From positions 2,941,584 to 3,005,583 of the forward strand of contig NW_003526944.1 of NCBI RefSeq assembly GCF_000181795.1: a stretch of 64,000 nucleotides of DNA, written 5' to 3'. The position numbers were made by a program, and so were the translations under genes. Positions 40,715-54,462 of the stretch are shown piece after piece. A model generated the notes under the pieces. It searched no databases. It was not told the origin of the DNA and saw nothing but the letters and a program-made list of their open reading frames with translations. The DNA comes from Trichinella spiralis (Eukaryota). Numbering within the stretch: position 1 is the stretch's first letter; every line of letters starts with the position of its first letter.

Positions 40715-43700
40715 TTATTTGAATTCAAAGTGTGACGATGGCAAACCATGGTTGCATTTGTCGAATGAAATAATTTCTTCCGAATTACCACCCATCAGAT
40801 CATCGTCATCAGTGAAGTATTTATCCAAAATTTCATATGCTAATTTGTAGATTTCTTCATTTTCATGAGTCTGCAGTGTTTCAATGTGATCGAGTCCTGA
40901 AATGGAATAAACGAATATATAAAATTTATTGCAAAAAGTAACAAATAAAAAAAAATGTCACCTCCACAATCTTCAATCTGCTGTGTAATTACTTCCACTT
41001 CATCTCCTGCCATTTTTAAAATGTTGTTCAGTCCATCCAAAATCACCTGCACAACTTGAACATCTCGAGAATTCAGTTGAGAACACATTGCCGGAATAAC
41101 TCCTTGTGATACCATAAATGCCACTTCTTCCCGTTGGCCACTAATAGTAACATTGCTTATAGCCCATGCTGCTTCCTTTTGAGTGGCAAAATCGGACTTA
41201 AAAGACAAATTAAAACGTGAATAAAACAATTTTTTAAAAAATCTCCTCAATCAGTATTGAAAACCTTCTCCAATAATTTAATAATTGTTGGAATCAAGCC
41301 AGCATTTATCACTGCTTGCACTTGCTCACGATTTCCCGCTGTAATGTTACTTAAAAACCACACCGCTTCCTTGTTGATTTTCTCTTTCTGATGTGCCAAA
41401 AGTTCTGGCATGTAAGACAGTGCTTCACAGTTCAAAACAACTTGAGTCTGCTCGTCAGAGCCAGTCACTATGTTTCCAACGGCACGTAAAGCAGCTGCCT
41501 GCACTTTCACTTCACGATGATTGAGCAGCTGAACCAACTTCGGAACAACACCAGCATCAATAACCATCTTAAAATAAGAAATTAAACATATTATTTCACA
41601 ATTACCTATTGCATAATGAATATATATAAAGAGAGAGAATAAGAAAACAATTTAAAAAAATCGTCAAAATCTAACTTGAATTTGATCATTGCCTCCATCT
41701 GTCAAATACGACAACGCCCAAACTGTATCCACCAAAACCTATTATATAATAAATAAATAAATAAATAAATAAGTATATATAATTGAACTGAATTGAATAA
41801 TAGACAATAAGAATAATATACGCTCATATCTGGATGGTGAACCAAAACTGATAACGCAGGCAGCAACTTGCTAATAGTCAGCGCGGATGGTGGTGGTTCT
41901 TTACTTCGACAAAGATTCACAATTACCCAAGCTACATTGCGAAGAAAACCTATAGGCACTTCCCGTTTGATAAATTCCAACAAAGGATCTATGATGCCAA
42001 GTTCAATGCAATAATCTCTGAAGTGTGGCCCGTCGCCTAAAAAAAAAACAAAAAAAATCAACAAAGAAGCAAAATTATTCATAAATTTCATTCATTTCAT
42101 ACCGATAATGTTTCCAAGTGCCCAAACCGCCTGCTCGCAAACGTTCATGTGCGGTGATTGCAATAACTGCAAAAAAAGTGGCACAGCACCGGAATGTACC
42201 ACTGCTTTAGTCTGTTCACTCGTTCCACTAGCAATGTTGGTTAATGCCCAGGCAGCTTCGAATTGCAATTCCGGACTAAAAATCAAAATTACTATATTAT
42301 TACAGTTACTTTTAATAATGTTGAAAATTACTGACCTGTTATGCGGACCAAGACAATTGACCAACACTGGCAAAATGCCCGAACGAATCAAATCATCAAT
42401 TGGTGGATTGCGATCGCTTGACAACAGTTTTCTAAAATTTCAATAAAACATTTTAATTCTTTTAATTTTGTTCTAAATGAGATTGTCTTTATTGAAAAAA
42501 TAGCATATTGTTCATAAAATATACAAAACAGCTAACAATCATAACCTCGCTTGTTGGACAGCATTCAACTGCACAATTGGGTCCGGTGACTGAGCATTCT
42601 GTAAAATCATCAACAATCCATTGCCATCTCTCAATACACTTGTTGTAGCCTCATCGATCTCAACACCTAATCCAAAAATTAGCAATTAATGAATAATAAT
42701 AAGCTTTTGTTCGTTTCAATAATTGTTTCTTTTTTTTTACTTTGCACGTGTATGCTTCTTTTCTTTGAAAGTGTATCTTCTCTTTTCGATTTACGAAGTT
42801 CGAAAGACATATCAGTCCTACGGCGTCGCAATTCCTGAAAAATGTACAGCATTAAAAATTTTTTTACTACAAACAAAATATTTTGATTCAAACACTTGAA
42901 GAATAATGTTCATTAAACGTTCTTATAATTCAAAACTGGCTAAAATTAGTTTTTTTCAATAATAAACAAGAAAAAACGCTGCAATATGCAGAATCGTTGA
43001 ATTTCACTGACAAATAAATATCTGAATAAACTACAAGTATGAACAAAGTTAAAAAAAACAAAAAATAAAAAAACGTTAACCATGACCAAATACCAATTAA
43101 AATATTCATGTTACATGAATTTCACCAGTTGACCAAGCATATCGGCAAAAATTTCATCAACAAAAAATTAATATTCATAAAAATAATTTTACACATACGT
43201 TATCCAATAAATAATAATGTGGCATCAATTAATAGCAAAACAAAATACTAAACACAATCAGGATAGAAGATAGGTCAAGACCCTGCAAAATGCTAGTACT
43301 TTATTTTCAAATTATGAGCTTACTCACGACTAATCAAAACCCGTTCAAATTGCAAAACAAACGTAAAAACATGTTTCGCAGGGGATATTTTTATCAGAAA
43401 ACACAGGTCAAAAATGAATTTGCAACAAAACCTATTGCTGAAAATGCAACATAACAATACACTTTACTTATTAGGAAAATAAACTTAAAAATAACACAGT
43501 TGCATTCGGTTGACATTTGTTTACAAACGGAATAACCAAGCGTACAAATTGTATAATGAGAAATTGACGCTAACAAATAAGATTGAACAGGAAGTATTGA
43601 AATTGCCATATTTTCTGGTCTTTGTATTTTTTCAATAAATAAAATCAAATTATCACACGAAGGTAAATTTGCCTTAATATACTTTCAAACTATCAGATGA

Positions 43701-43932
43701 TTCAGAGAATGTTAGCAAATGAAAAAAGTAAAAAAAAACAGTAAAACTTAAAATTGGTTACAGTTATTAACGATTGACGGAATGAAGCTATAATAATTAA
43801 TTGAAACAAAGGTTAAATGAATATATGACCCTTCAAGTGCAATCTGCAGTTAAAAAATGAGTAACTTACGTCAGCATTTCGACCTTTGTTTTTGAAATGC
43901 AAAATACGCGTGTTGTTGACGTGGTCGGACAT
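40715..43932 (-). CDS. ima-3: Importin alpha-3 (karyopherin alpha 3/4 type)
   Basis: Exon 1 is [21 protein letters not shown]. The IBB reads [29 protein letters not shown] repeats include [58 protein letters not shown] and [10 protein letters not shown]. The protein ends HFEFK*. Confidence 0.95.
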
Positions 43933-44836
43933 CGTGAATCCGAAAAACAACGATATTTTTCAGCCCTAAATGAAGATGATTCTTCAAACTGTCACTGGAA
44001 AATTTATTTCTCAGGAAATAGAGAAACCTATTCGACAAGCAAACTTACGTACGACAAAACACCAAACAACGCACTACCGATGACAAGTATACTGAAAAGC
44101 TCTGCGTTTATTGATGATCAAGTACAGTAGTAAAAAATGGAATTGAAAATAATGAGGGCACCAATAAAACAAGAACGAAAGGCATCTTTAAATTTTGTTT
44201 TAAATTAAATTAATAATACAAATATATAAAAATCTTCAATTTTTGTATACTGTAAAATTTAATTATAATTTTCTAACGTGTTTGCAATTAACTATGAAAA
44301 TTGGTGACTAAATGCTCAAAGAACTTCTCAGTTTGTAAATATAATTCAATTATCACAATTTATAAATTTTTTAGTTATATTTTTATCAACGTTGAATGAA
44401 TTTTAAAAGAAATTTGACGTAGGACAGTTCAGTTGGTTATGGTAGTTATCTTGTATTGTAGAGAATAAATGTCGTAACTTTATAAAAATCGTTTAAATGT
44501 TAATTATTTTTAATTTAATTATAATTTTTTAATTTTTAACTATATTATTTTCAAATAATTCAACTTATTCACATGATGAAAAAAATTGACCTTACTTTTC
44601 TTGACTTACATTCCTCAACTTTTGTAGCATAGAATTTTTAAAAAATAATCACTTAAACTTTTATAAATAAATAAATAGATTAGATTTTAGAACTTAACTT
44701 TTTACATTTTTTGCATTTCATTAATAAAATTATTGCCACATTGTCACTGAAAGTATATTGGAACTTAAATATTTCTTACTGTCCAAACTTTTTATGTTAC
44801 CACAAATTGGAAAATTACTGCTTAGCTAGTTTAAAA

Positions 44837-45977
44837 ATGAGTGGTTCATCTTCTTCTTTTGGAAAAACGCAAAGATCTATATTTGGTACGTTTTTGGTGA
44901 AATTTTTTCCTAATAATCCAAAGTATCTGTAATCACAACGAATTTACAACACGTAAATGTTTTTTTTAATTGTTCGATACTGATGAAGTTAATAATTATT
45001 TAAAAGGTGCGTCTGTTATGAGAGTGTGTTAAAATAAAAGTGGAATTTCTAGTTGGCAACATTTCTTACGATGCAACCGAAAATGAGCTGGTCGAATTGT
45101 TCTCTAAAGCTGGACCTGTTGTTGGCTTCAGGTTTAAACGTTTTTTTGTTGTTTTGACAGAAATATGTAATGAACAATTAGTTGTTTTTTCCCTTTTATT
45201 CAGACTTATGTATGATCGTGAAAATGGAAAATCAAAAGGGTATGGATTTTGCGAGTTTAAAGATCACGAAACTGCTCTCAGTGCTCTCAGAAATATGAAC
45301 AATGTGGAATTTCATGGAAGACCTTTGCGAATAGATGCAGCGTTTGGAGAACGAAGCAAAGAGGAAATAAAACGTAATTGCTACAATTGATCAGTTGTGC
45401 AATAATTTTATCACTATATATATATCAATGCTATTATTTTATTCAGAAATGCATATGCTCATTGCTGCAGCAGATCAAGAGGTATTGATTTATCTGTAAA
45501 CTGTGAACTCTTGTTAAACAATCTCACCTTTAGAGTGCTTATGGACGCCCTGTTGAACCTGAAAATGCACCCGATGCTATTCGAGAAGGGTTGTTGATGT
45601 TGAGCAAGAAAGAATTGTCCGGATTTGTTCGTGAAATGATTGTACAGCAATATTAATTAAATATATCAAAAAATGATAGAAATGAAATTGACATTTCAGA
45701 GAATCATCATTGATTATCCAATGTTGACGAGAAATTTGCTTCTGGAAAATCCTCAACTTGCCTATGCGTTTCTGTTTGCGTTAGTTGGCGAGCGATACAT
45801 TTCCATCGAAAGAGCTTTGAAATTCATTCATACTGAATCGGACTTTATGTCACACGAAGACTTGAACGTGAGTTTAACTTATTATTGAATTTCTGTTCAA
45901 ATAGTATATTCTAATTTTAGCAAGCTGTCCAGAAAATTATTTCCGAAATTAGAAACCAAAAAACAGAGAAGAAATAA
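44837..45977 (+). CDS. cpf-2: Cleavage stimulation factor 64-kDa subunit (CstF-64/CSTF2)-like: RRM plus hinge, short (~220 aa); 7 exons
   Basis: The RRM reads [54 protein letters not shown]. The hinge reads SAYGRPVEPENAPDAI...NLLLENPQLAYA. All introns are GT-AG and in phase. Orthology versus paralogy is unresolved. Confidence 0.85.
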
Positions 45978-46406
45978 CCCCAGCACATGCTTTTAATACA
46001 TCGGTTTTATTTTTAGTTTTCGAATTACATGCGTTGCAGTTCAAATACAATTGTAAAATAAATTTGTTATATAACATGTATGTACTCACCGTTTGAACTT
46101 GGTTTTAACAAAGCTAGATGATTTGTCGCCCCATTTGTTCAGCGTAAATCTGAAATTATTTCAATTATTCACAAATTAGCAAAGTGTTTTCAAATAAATA
46201 CATATACATATATGTACATATTTGAATAACATGAACATGTTGAAAAAAAGATGTTGGTTGCAATTTATTTTATTTATTTATTCAATCAAATTTCGTTTAA
46301 GAAGATGCGAAAATGGTAAAACACGAAAAAAAGAAACAAATTCGCATCAGAAAGGTAAAAATTACGAATAATAAATAAATAAATAATTGCCAAAACAGTT
46401 AGAAAG

Positions 46407-47971
46407 CTATGAAAGATTATGACGAATGAATGTTGCCACATCTTGTATAGCCTGTCGACCAAGTGGCACCTCGTTGTGAATATTTAGCATTGCGTGAAAA
46501 CCAGTATTGTAATGAATCCATGAAGCATTGACTCCAGCCTGACGTAGTCGATGAACGTAAAAATAGCCTTCATCGCGCAATGGATCAAATTCACAAGTAA
46601 GCACTAACGCTTTTGGCAAATCGCTCATGTCTTGCTGCAACAACGGCGACACTTGCCAGTCGAGCAAATACGATTGCACTTGATGCATCGCTTCGGACGA
46701 TTCTGTATTGTTCAATTTAGGGGGTGGCTTTTTGTAATAAGATGGATCCAAAAATTCTGGTGGAAGTTGATCATGCTGTACGGCTTGAAGCAACTGCAAC
46801 TGACGAATTGGATCTACATGGTCGCTGCGCAACACTTTCGGCACATGTTCCACATCCAAGCCGAGATAAACCAGCATCCAGCTATATATACGTACATGCA
46901 TAGGTGAGAAATTTTTTTTTATTACAATTCCTATTTCTCTGATAAACAATTTTACAAATGTACAAAGCATACCGAACAATACTTTCAGGATCAGGAAGTG
47001 CCGTTCTGCCGTACAAACGGTATGCCATTTGATAGCTGGGGGTCATAAAGTCAACAAACTGAACCACTGGATAAATAAGAACTTGAAGCTGTTTGATTGG
47101 AAATAAAAGCAAGCGTATATAAATTGCATAAATAAATATTTGCAAAATAATTAATAGATAGACAAGATACTTTTAAAACAGGCCGGATACGTTTGTTGCG
47201 TAAGCGTTGCGTAACTACAGCAGCTAAATTACCGCCGGCACTGTCGCCAACCAGTACCACTTTGTCACTGTTGATCGAGTATAATTTATGAGCATGTCGT
47301 AAAAAATATACAATTGCTCGTTCGCAATCGTCAATTGCAGCGGGAAATTTATGCTCTGGTGCCAGACGATATCTAAGCACAGTTGGAAAATTATGAATGA
47401 GAATTATGGAATTGAAAAAATGAAAAAAATCAAAATCGTCATACTCGATTGAAACAGTGATCATGTTGGTCAACTTGGCCAAATGCCTAGTGATCAAATC
47501 GTACGAATCGACGTTCAATAAAACAAATCCACCTCCATGTATGTAAACGATCGCTGCATCAGTGTCTACTTTATCCGGAATGTACACACGAGCGGCTACA
47601 TCATCCAGCATAATTGTATGGATGTGGACATTTTGTGGCTCTGTCGATCGATAAGCATAAGAGCAAAGCCATGCAAGAGAATTCAAAACAAGCCGAGTCC
47701 AACGAAGCTGCCACTTTGTGCTGAACAATTCCAACCACTTTCCCTAAAAATCATAATATATATATATATATATATAATTGATGCCCACATCATTGTTAGC
47801 GTTCATTACCGGATACATGTACAAAACACGTGCAACTGTTTCAATAATTTGCATTTTCTCACGCTCTGCGAACCGATCCGGCAATGGAACGTAAAGCTGA
47901 TTTACAACAATCGAAATCACCGCAACAAGCACCAAAGGTAAAATGCACAAGCGCCAACTTGATAAAATCAT
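46407..47971 (-). CDS. Arylacetamide deacetylase/NCEH1-like esterase, copy 2; 5 exons
   Basis: Hydrophobic N-terminus, YIHGGGF, YRLAPEHKFP, GDSAGGNL, CEFDPLRDEG and GFHA. Confidence 0.92.
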
Positions 47972-48417
47972 AATTGAACAAAATGGAAGTTGGACAGCTC
48001 GATTTGACCAATGCACACGAGTAAAATGAATCGTTGAAATTCAAATTCAATCTTCGAAATCAGTCGCTTTCTTCACGCATACAAAGTGAAATTTTCAACA
48101 ACAACAACAATTTCCTATTTGACGAACAAAGTTCGTCGTCGATTTATGCAAATTTTACAAATTATTCTATATGATCGCTAGCTATCATATCTTTTATAAA
48201 TTGCCATTTATCAAATCAAATGCTATCCACGTTGCTTGAATGACAAACAAACAAAAGAGTACGAGCTAAATTTCAACTTTTCCCAATAATCTTTGCCCAA
48301 ATAAAAAATAACAAACGTTGTAAACCGAACCAAGTGCACCACAACAATAAGTGATAAATAGTTGCTTGTGTAAATGTGTATTTTTATTATGCAGTGCGAT
48401 TCACGAGTTGTAAAGCT

Positions 48418-51338
48418 TCAATACGTGCCTTCAGGAAGTGCCCTATCACCAACTGTCAACGTGTAGCATTTGGTCATTCTGTTGAAATTCATTTCAATGT
48501 AATTGCTCAGAACCAAATCGCCTCCTCGACGTGTTTTCCATATCTGAATTAAAAATGAAAGAAAAAATAATACCATTTCAAATTATGCATTTTGTGCAAA
48601 CTTGTAAAAAATTTTCATGTTCAACATCGGTGATGTCTTGGGCCAATTTTTTCGTACAGATCACCAGCACGTTGTCGGCCTCTTTCATTGCTTGCATGTT
48701 CACAGCGTTCTGTTGCAAAGTGTCGGCATTATTGTTTTCTTTTGAATTTTGAAACTTAAAAAACGAAAATACAAAAAAATCAAAATTTGTTTGTTTGGTT
48801 GCTGTAAGTTATTTATCTGTATAAGATTTATTTATATGAATTTTTTACTTTCGATAACAGCATTGAGCCGGTGATGTGGCAATTTCGATTTTGGGCTAAA
48901 CGTCGCAGGTCAGAGAAAATCAAATTCAAATCGTAACCATTCTTAGCCAGTGTCCATTCTTGAAGAGCGGTGACATCATCAATGACAATATGCTGGACTT
49001 CTTTTGAAGCAGCTAGCCTGTCGATAACCTCAAAAAATAGAAAAAAACAAATTCAAATGCTAATCAATTGAACAGAGCATAAGGAAGAATATTTTTTCAC
49101 TTCGACAATATCTTTCAATTTGGTGAAACCAACTTTATCAAACTTGGCGAAATACATTGGTAGTCTTGAAATCTCCTCGTACCAATAATCAAATGATCGT
49201 TGATTGGTATTTTCTTCGAAAAAAGCATCCCTGAAATTGAATTTGAATTTGTAATTAAATTTGAATTTTAAAATTTCAACTGTTCAACTTTGAAAACTGT
49301 TCCACAAGAGTTGCCGTCAAACGACCAACAGGCAATTCCAAGCAACACCACAATGTCGGTACCTGGAATATAATACAGCTTTGTTTGATTATTTACTGCT
49401 GATTTTTGCATTTGAGAGAGAGAGAAAAATGAATATATATATAGATATTTCAATAAATGAAAGTTTTTATATTTTTACATTTTGACAGCAAATGTCCAAA
49501 GCGTACTCGGCAAGAAAGGTTTTCTTACCGCATGCTGAACCACCGCCAATTAAAGTCAATTCGCCTAAGCGAAATCCTTTCAAATAGTTATTCAATGCAG
49601 AAAAACGACTCCACTACAAAGAAATAAATCAATGTCAAATTTAAGAAAAACAATAATTAATTAACCAATTTAATTTCGCTCACTTTGCATATACCAGAAA
49701 CGGATCCGTATCCGTAATAATATTCTTTGGTTAATTCTTTCAGCTTGTCAAACGTGCTCAACGATTTCTCTTCAACTCGTTCGCAAGCTTTTATCACTCC
49801 GGTGATCAACTGCCTACCTTTACCTGGCAATGCCAAAGCATCGGCGGCACGCATATTTTTGCACGAAGCAGGACTGGAAAATTTCCCCAATTCAACATAA
49901 AATATACTTTGCGTATTATATTGAAATTAAAATTTACCTGATCAAATGACAATTTGTAGAAGTCAATGATTTGGCCAACAGTTTGCCTCGATTGTACTTT
50001 TCCGGCGGAGGCCAAATGATCACATGAATCAATTCCGTGAGAAGAGACAAAAGCTAAAATGTCAAATAAAAAATTTTTATAATCAACCAAATGGAAAATA
50101 AATAATGTCAAATTGCATATAAAATAAATACCTGATTTTGAAATGGACCATATTGATCATGCACGGCCAAAGCTACCTTTCCCGCAGCTTGATGAACCGA
50201 CAATGCATCCGCCTCGTTAAACAACAATACAGTCTCCACGTCAACAGATTTGACCAAATGATATCCAAAAAATCCCACATATGTACTGCTGAAAAGTAAG
50301 TGAATTATGAAATATTTACCACAAAATTGCATTAAAACAAACAAACCTGTCAGGTATTGTTTCTTCAATAATGCCAGGTTGGTTACGATTTTCAGTAAGA
50401 CGAAATATTTTCAAACCTGACGGTTTGAGCTGCCTAACGCCGACACGTTCAAGTCTATCCGTATATCGTGGAAAAATGAGCCCATCGCCGTTTGCTGTCG
50501 CTCGGACATTATACTTTGCAAATGTACTATCCTGTATATGCTACATCATAAAAAAGAGCATATTTATCCTTTGTTCTATATTGCACTGCTGCATGCAATG
50601 TTCGTTCAATTCACTTACTCGGAGTGAAAGAAGCTGCCTCAGTCGGGTCAATTTTGGCAAAGACATTTGATTAATAGGAATGGACTGATTCCACACAGTG
50701 TGGACAACCGTTTTCGGACTATCACTAGCCGCTTCTTCGTCACTGCTGCCGCTGTAACCATTCATCATTGTATCAACTTTATTTCTAGGTAAAATATTAA
50801 AATTTATATTTTTTTAAATTTAAATACAAAACAATAACAACAACATATTTGCAATGCAAGCTTGTACCAGAGATACACGTACTTTGTCGATCGTTTCACT
50901 GAAGCTTTCATTGTTATAAGGTGAGTTTGCTGTTGAAGAAAAAATAACCGACCGTTTTGCACATTTCCATGGTCTAATGGTTGCAGCAAATTGCCACCAT
51001 CTACCTTAGTCAGGGTAATTTCAAATGCACATCACCAGAAAAATGCTACAGATAAAATCATGGCCGTGATAGAAGGATCAAATTAAGAAAAAAAATGAAA
51101 AGCAAAAATAGCCCATAATCATTACCAATAGAGAACTTCCACCAGACGATCGGTCGGTCACCTGTCGTGCTTAGCCATTGCAAATGGCTTATTGACGAAA
51201 TGATTAACCGGCAAGTATGCTGCTCTGTTTTTCACGTGCATCGATCGATCTGTGAAAAAAAGCAAACCGCTGATTCACCAACACCAACTGTGCAATAGAA
51301 AAAAATAAAGTTCCTCGAATTGAAATGAGGCGGAACAT
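48418..51338 (-). CDS. Twinkle-like mitochondrial SF4 helicase, paralog A (degenerate Walker A); 5' exons uncertain
   Basis: Spliced segments include DSTFAKYNVR..LIFPRY..GLKIF and FFGYHLV..VLLFNEADAL (TOPRIM-like). The helicase region reads [63 protein letters not shown] and KFLQIWKTRRGGDL. A possible presequence starts MFRLISIRG. Confidence 0.85.
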
Positions 51339-52631
51339 TTTGAAATGAAATAAATTTGTAAAAGAACAAAAAAGCAATTCATCATTGAAACTGAAAATCA
51401 AACAATCATCTCGCTTCGCTGTTGAAATCAATTATTCAAATTTGGAATATATTGAATTCGATTGACGAACAATATTGAACAGATTCTCATTTCTCAACAT
51501 ATGCAAACCAAAAAAAAGTAATTCATGATGGAATTATTGTTTCAGACATTCAACAACAATTACATGATACAGTAATATCATTGAAATGTGAAACTCATTC
51601 GTTGATAAAGTTGGAATTAAAAAAAAAAAATTTTTTCTAACTGAATTAATTAAAATTCACATAGTCTAATCGTTTACTGTGACGCGGAAATAAATTTACC
51701 TACAGAAAGTGAAAAATATTGAATGAAATGAAATTATTTATTTTACACCATTGAAACAAACACACAATCAATGCCAAGTACGATTACGCAATATGTCCAT
51801 TTATGAAAGATGCCACAATTTCAAGAAGCACAAGCAATTTTATGAAACAGCTGCGTATATTTATAATATGAAATTATTGCTTTATAGATAAATTTTTAAA
51901 AAACCAAGTAAAAATTTTCAACTCACTAAACCCCCTTATTTTTTGTTCGCGTTCAAAGGCATCAATTCAAAAACCCCTCAAAGCTAAACAGTAGTACAAT
52001 TGTAGCAAATACTTTCCAATTCCCTCTATATAAAGAAAGCTGCACTGGATTCAAACATCACTAGCACAAACTTCTTCAATGTTATTTAAGCAGGATGTTT
52101 GGTTTGTTTCTCGACTGCACAATTTGTCAATAATAATAATAATAATCAATTTATCACTTATAATATTTACAAATTGGTTCAAAAGTGAACGCGTCTCATT
52201 TCTTCATGCTTGATTTTCCCTTTTTCTGTAACAATCTGTTGTTAGCTTCAGACGTTTACGCTGTCTTTAAAACACTCATAAAAACAGGTTAACTCTACGT
52301 CGCTTACAAAAATACTGACACCAAAAAAAAACAAACCGATTTCATACTGTAGTAAAGTAAAGATTAAAAAATAAATATTCGTCAATCAATGCGTCATACT
52401 AGGAAAAAACTCTTCCACGAGATCATCAATTGTTATAAATTTTCACTTAGCGCACGTTTACAGCGTTCGTAAACTTGCTCGTCACAAGACAAGAGAAAAA
52501 AGTTTAAAGTGAATGTTCACTTTAAAATTTATACTTGTAAATCAATTTAAACTTGACCCCCTAATATGTGAATTGAATTTTCCAAACGGGTCATTCGAAT
52601 TGGGAACTGCTGACAAGATAGTGGTCTGAAA

Positions 52632-53920
52632 ATGGATCTGATCATGGGAGGTGTAAATTTCAGCGACCCCAGCAGCGGGGGCGACGAATGCTTTCACTAT
52701 TTAACCGTCTACCAGCGTTTGGTGGAAACCGCCCTTGTGCTCCCGGTTGCTATTTTACAGTTGTGCTACATTTGGCCGAAAGCAAGGAGCATGGAAGTTC
52801 CTCATGCGCCGAATTTTCGCGCTTACAACAATTGCAAAAAATTAGGCTCATTTTTACTTTTCATCTTGATACTAGTGTTCGCGGTGGAGGTGTCTTACAA
52901 GGTGCGAACTGGCTCTTTGATTTTCCTGCTCAACCCGTGCCATGTGGCGACCATGTTGGAAATTTTGTTATTTTGTGAGAATCTACTGCCACCAAGTGTT
53001 GCACGTCTAGTGTTCGCCTTAGCGATGTATTTTCTACCTGGTGCTACATTAGCATTGTTATTTCCGGTAGTGACGTCGCGTAAAGTGAGCAATTAATTAT
53101 TCATTGAACTTACATTATTCTGTTTGTGCATTCTTCTCAAAGAAAAATGTTTTCAGTTACCAGGTGAAGTATGCATCTATTGGATTCAACATTTGATCAT
53201 TGTGCTCTGCCCTGTTTATTTGTTATCCTTAGGCGGTAAACATGTATCACTTTCCTAATCAATTGAAATAATAAAATACTTTTACAGGAGTTTATTCGGC
53301 CGAATCCTTTTATAACTTTAACATTTATGTATTGTGTCACGCCCTCATGACACTGTACTCGTTTGGACCGTTGCAGCTCATCTCGATGGTAAGCAAAAAA
53401 TAATCATCAGTAGAATTTTAATTTATCTGTGAATAAAACCTTTACCTAAAATGAGAACGATCCTACTTTGTTATCTCATGAAATGGTAAAAAAATTTACC
53501 TTTCATTCATTTACTCTACAATTATGTTTTGATTATGTAATAACGACCGTATATAAAGATAATGAAGATGTGTTCTGTTATAATCAATTTTAGATCGATT
53601 GTATAGTTGATTTTGAGTGCAGGGTTATAATAATTTGCACATTTCAGTTAACGAATGTCAATTTGAACAATGTACTGTGCCCAGCTAGCAGTGATCCTTT
53701 CCAGGGTTATTATTATCGTCTTGCCGCTATAGGACATCATTCCTTGTTTTTGATTCTCCATTCATGGTTGTATATCAAATTCACTAGGATGATACTTGCC
53801 GCCTTTGAAAATGGGTCGTTTATCCCGACTCAACTGGTGGAAGCAAATGGAAATAAAATACATCCGCCACGTTTAGAAGACTGCCCAAATTGCTTACACG
53901 AAATGAAGAAAGAAAATTAA
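52632..53920 (+). CDS. TMEM164: TMEM164-family multipass membrane protein; 4 exons (~52632-53083, 53157-53235, 53288-53388, 53649-53920)
   Basis: Motifs GGDEC..YL...QRLVET, LIFLLNPCHV, EVCIYWIQH and VNLNNVLCPASSDPFQGYYYR, with multiple hydrophobic segments. Confidence 0.88.
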
Positions 53921-54309
53921 TTTTTTCTTTCAGGCAAGAAATAAATATTATGTTTTGTTTCTGTTTTACTTCTGCTCATCTTTGTTTTATCCTGTGACTG
54001 ATTTTTCAAATCCAGTGTCATTGAAAATAAATCTTTATTAATTTTCCTACTCTGTATAATTTGTTGTTGTTGCTTTTAAATGTTTGAAACTAAAATTTAA
54101 TTAAAATAAAAATATTATCTAATAATGTGTTTTTGTTTGGTTAATTGCATTAGAAATAGAAAAACAACTGCGCGTGTCATGGAGCTTTCAGCGAATAAAA
54201 TTGAACCTGCGAATCAGATAAAATTCATACACCGCCAGTGAAAGATATGCTCATTTCAGCTTGTTGAAGTCCTTGTTAAAGTTCAGTCCGCTTCAGTCAT
54301 TACAACAGC

Positions 54310-54462
54310 ATGGTTTCTTTGAAGCAAGAATTGCAGGTGCTCGACTATTTCGGCGCATTCTGTGTCTTTATTAGCTTTTTTGTCATTATACTGATAATCT
54401 CAGTCACCTGCATACTCTGGTTTTGCGTCAGCCCTACCGACGACGTTACCGTTTTTGCCAAA
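54310..54462 (+). CDS. First exon of a small single-pass membrane protein; downstream exon(s) not resolved
   Basis: MVSLKQELQVLDYFGAFCVFISFFVIILIISVTCILWFCVSPTDDVTVFAK followed by a gtgcgt donor. A TTTCAG acceptor lies upstream at 54254-54259. The composition is coding-like. Confidence 0.55.

Noticed and set aside
43933..44836. Divergent ima-3/CstF-64 intergenic region as a special bidirectional element
   Set aside because: Head-to-head housekeeping genes are common, and I saw no specific motif beyond extreme AT richness.
52503..52526. 11-bp perfect inverted repeat upstream of TMEM164
   Set aside because: Very AT-rich with a 2-nt loop, and there is no evidence of function.
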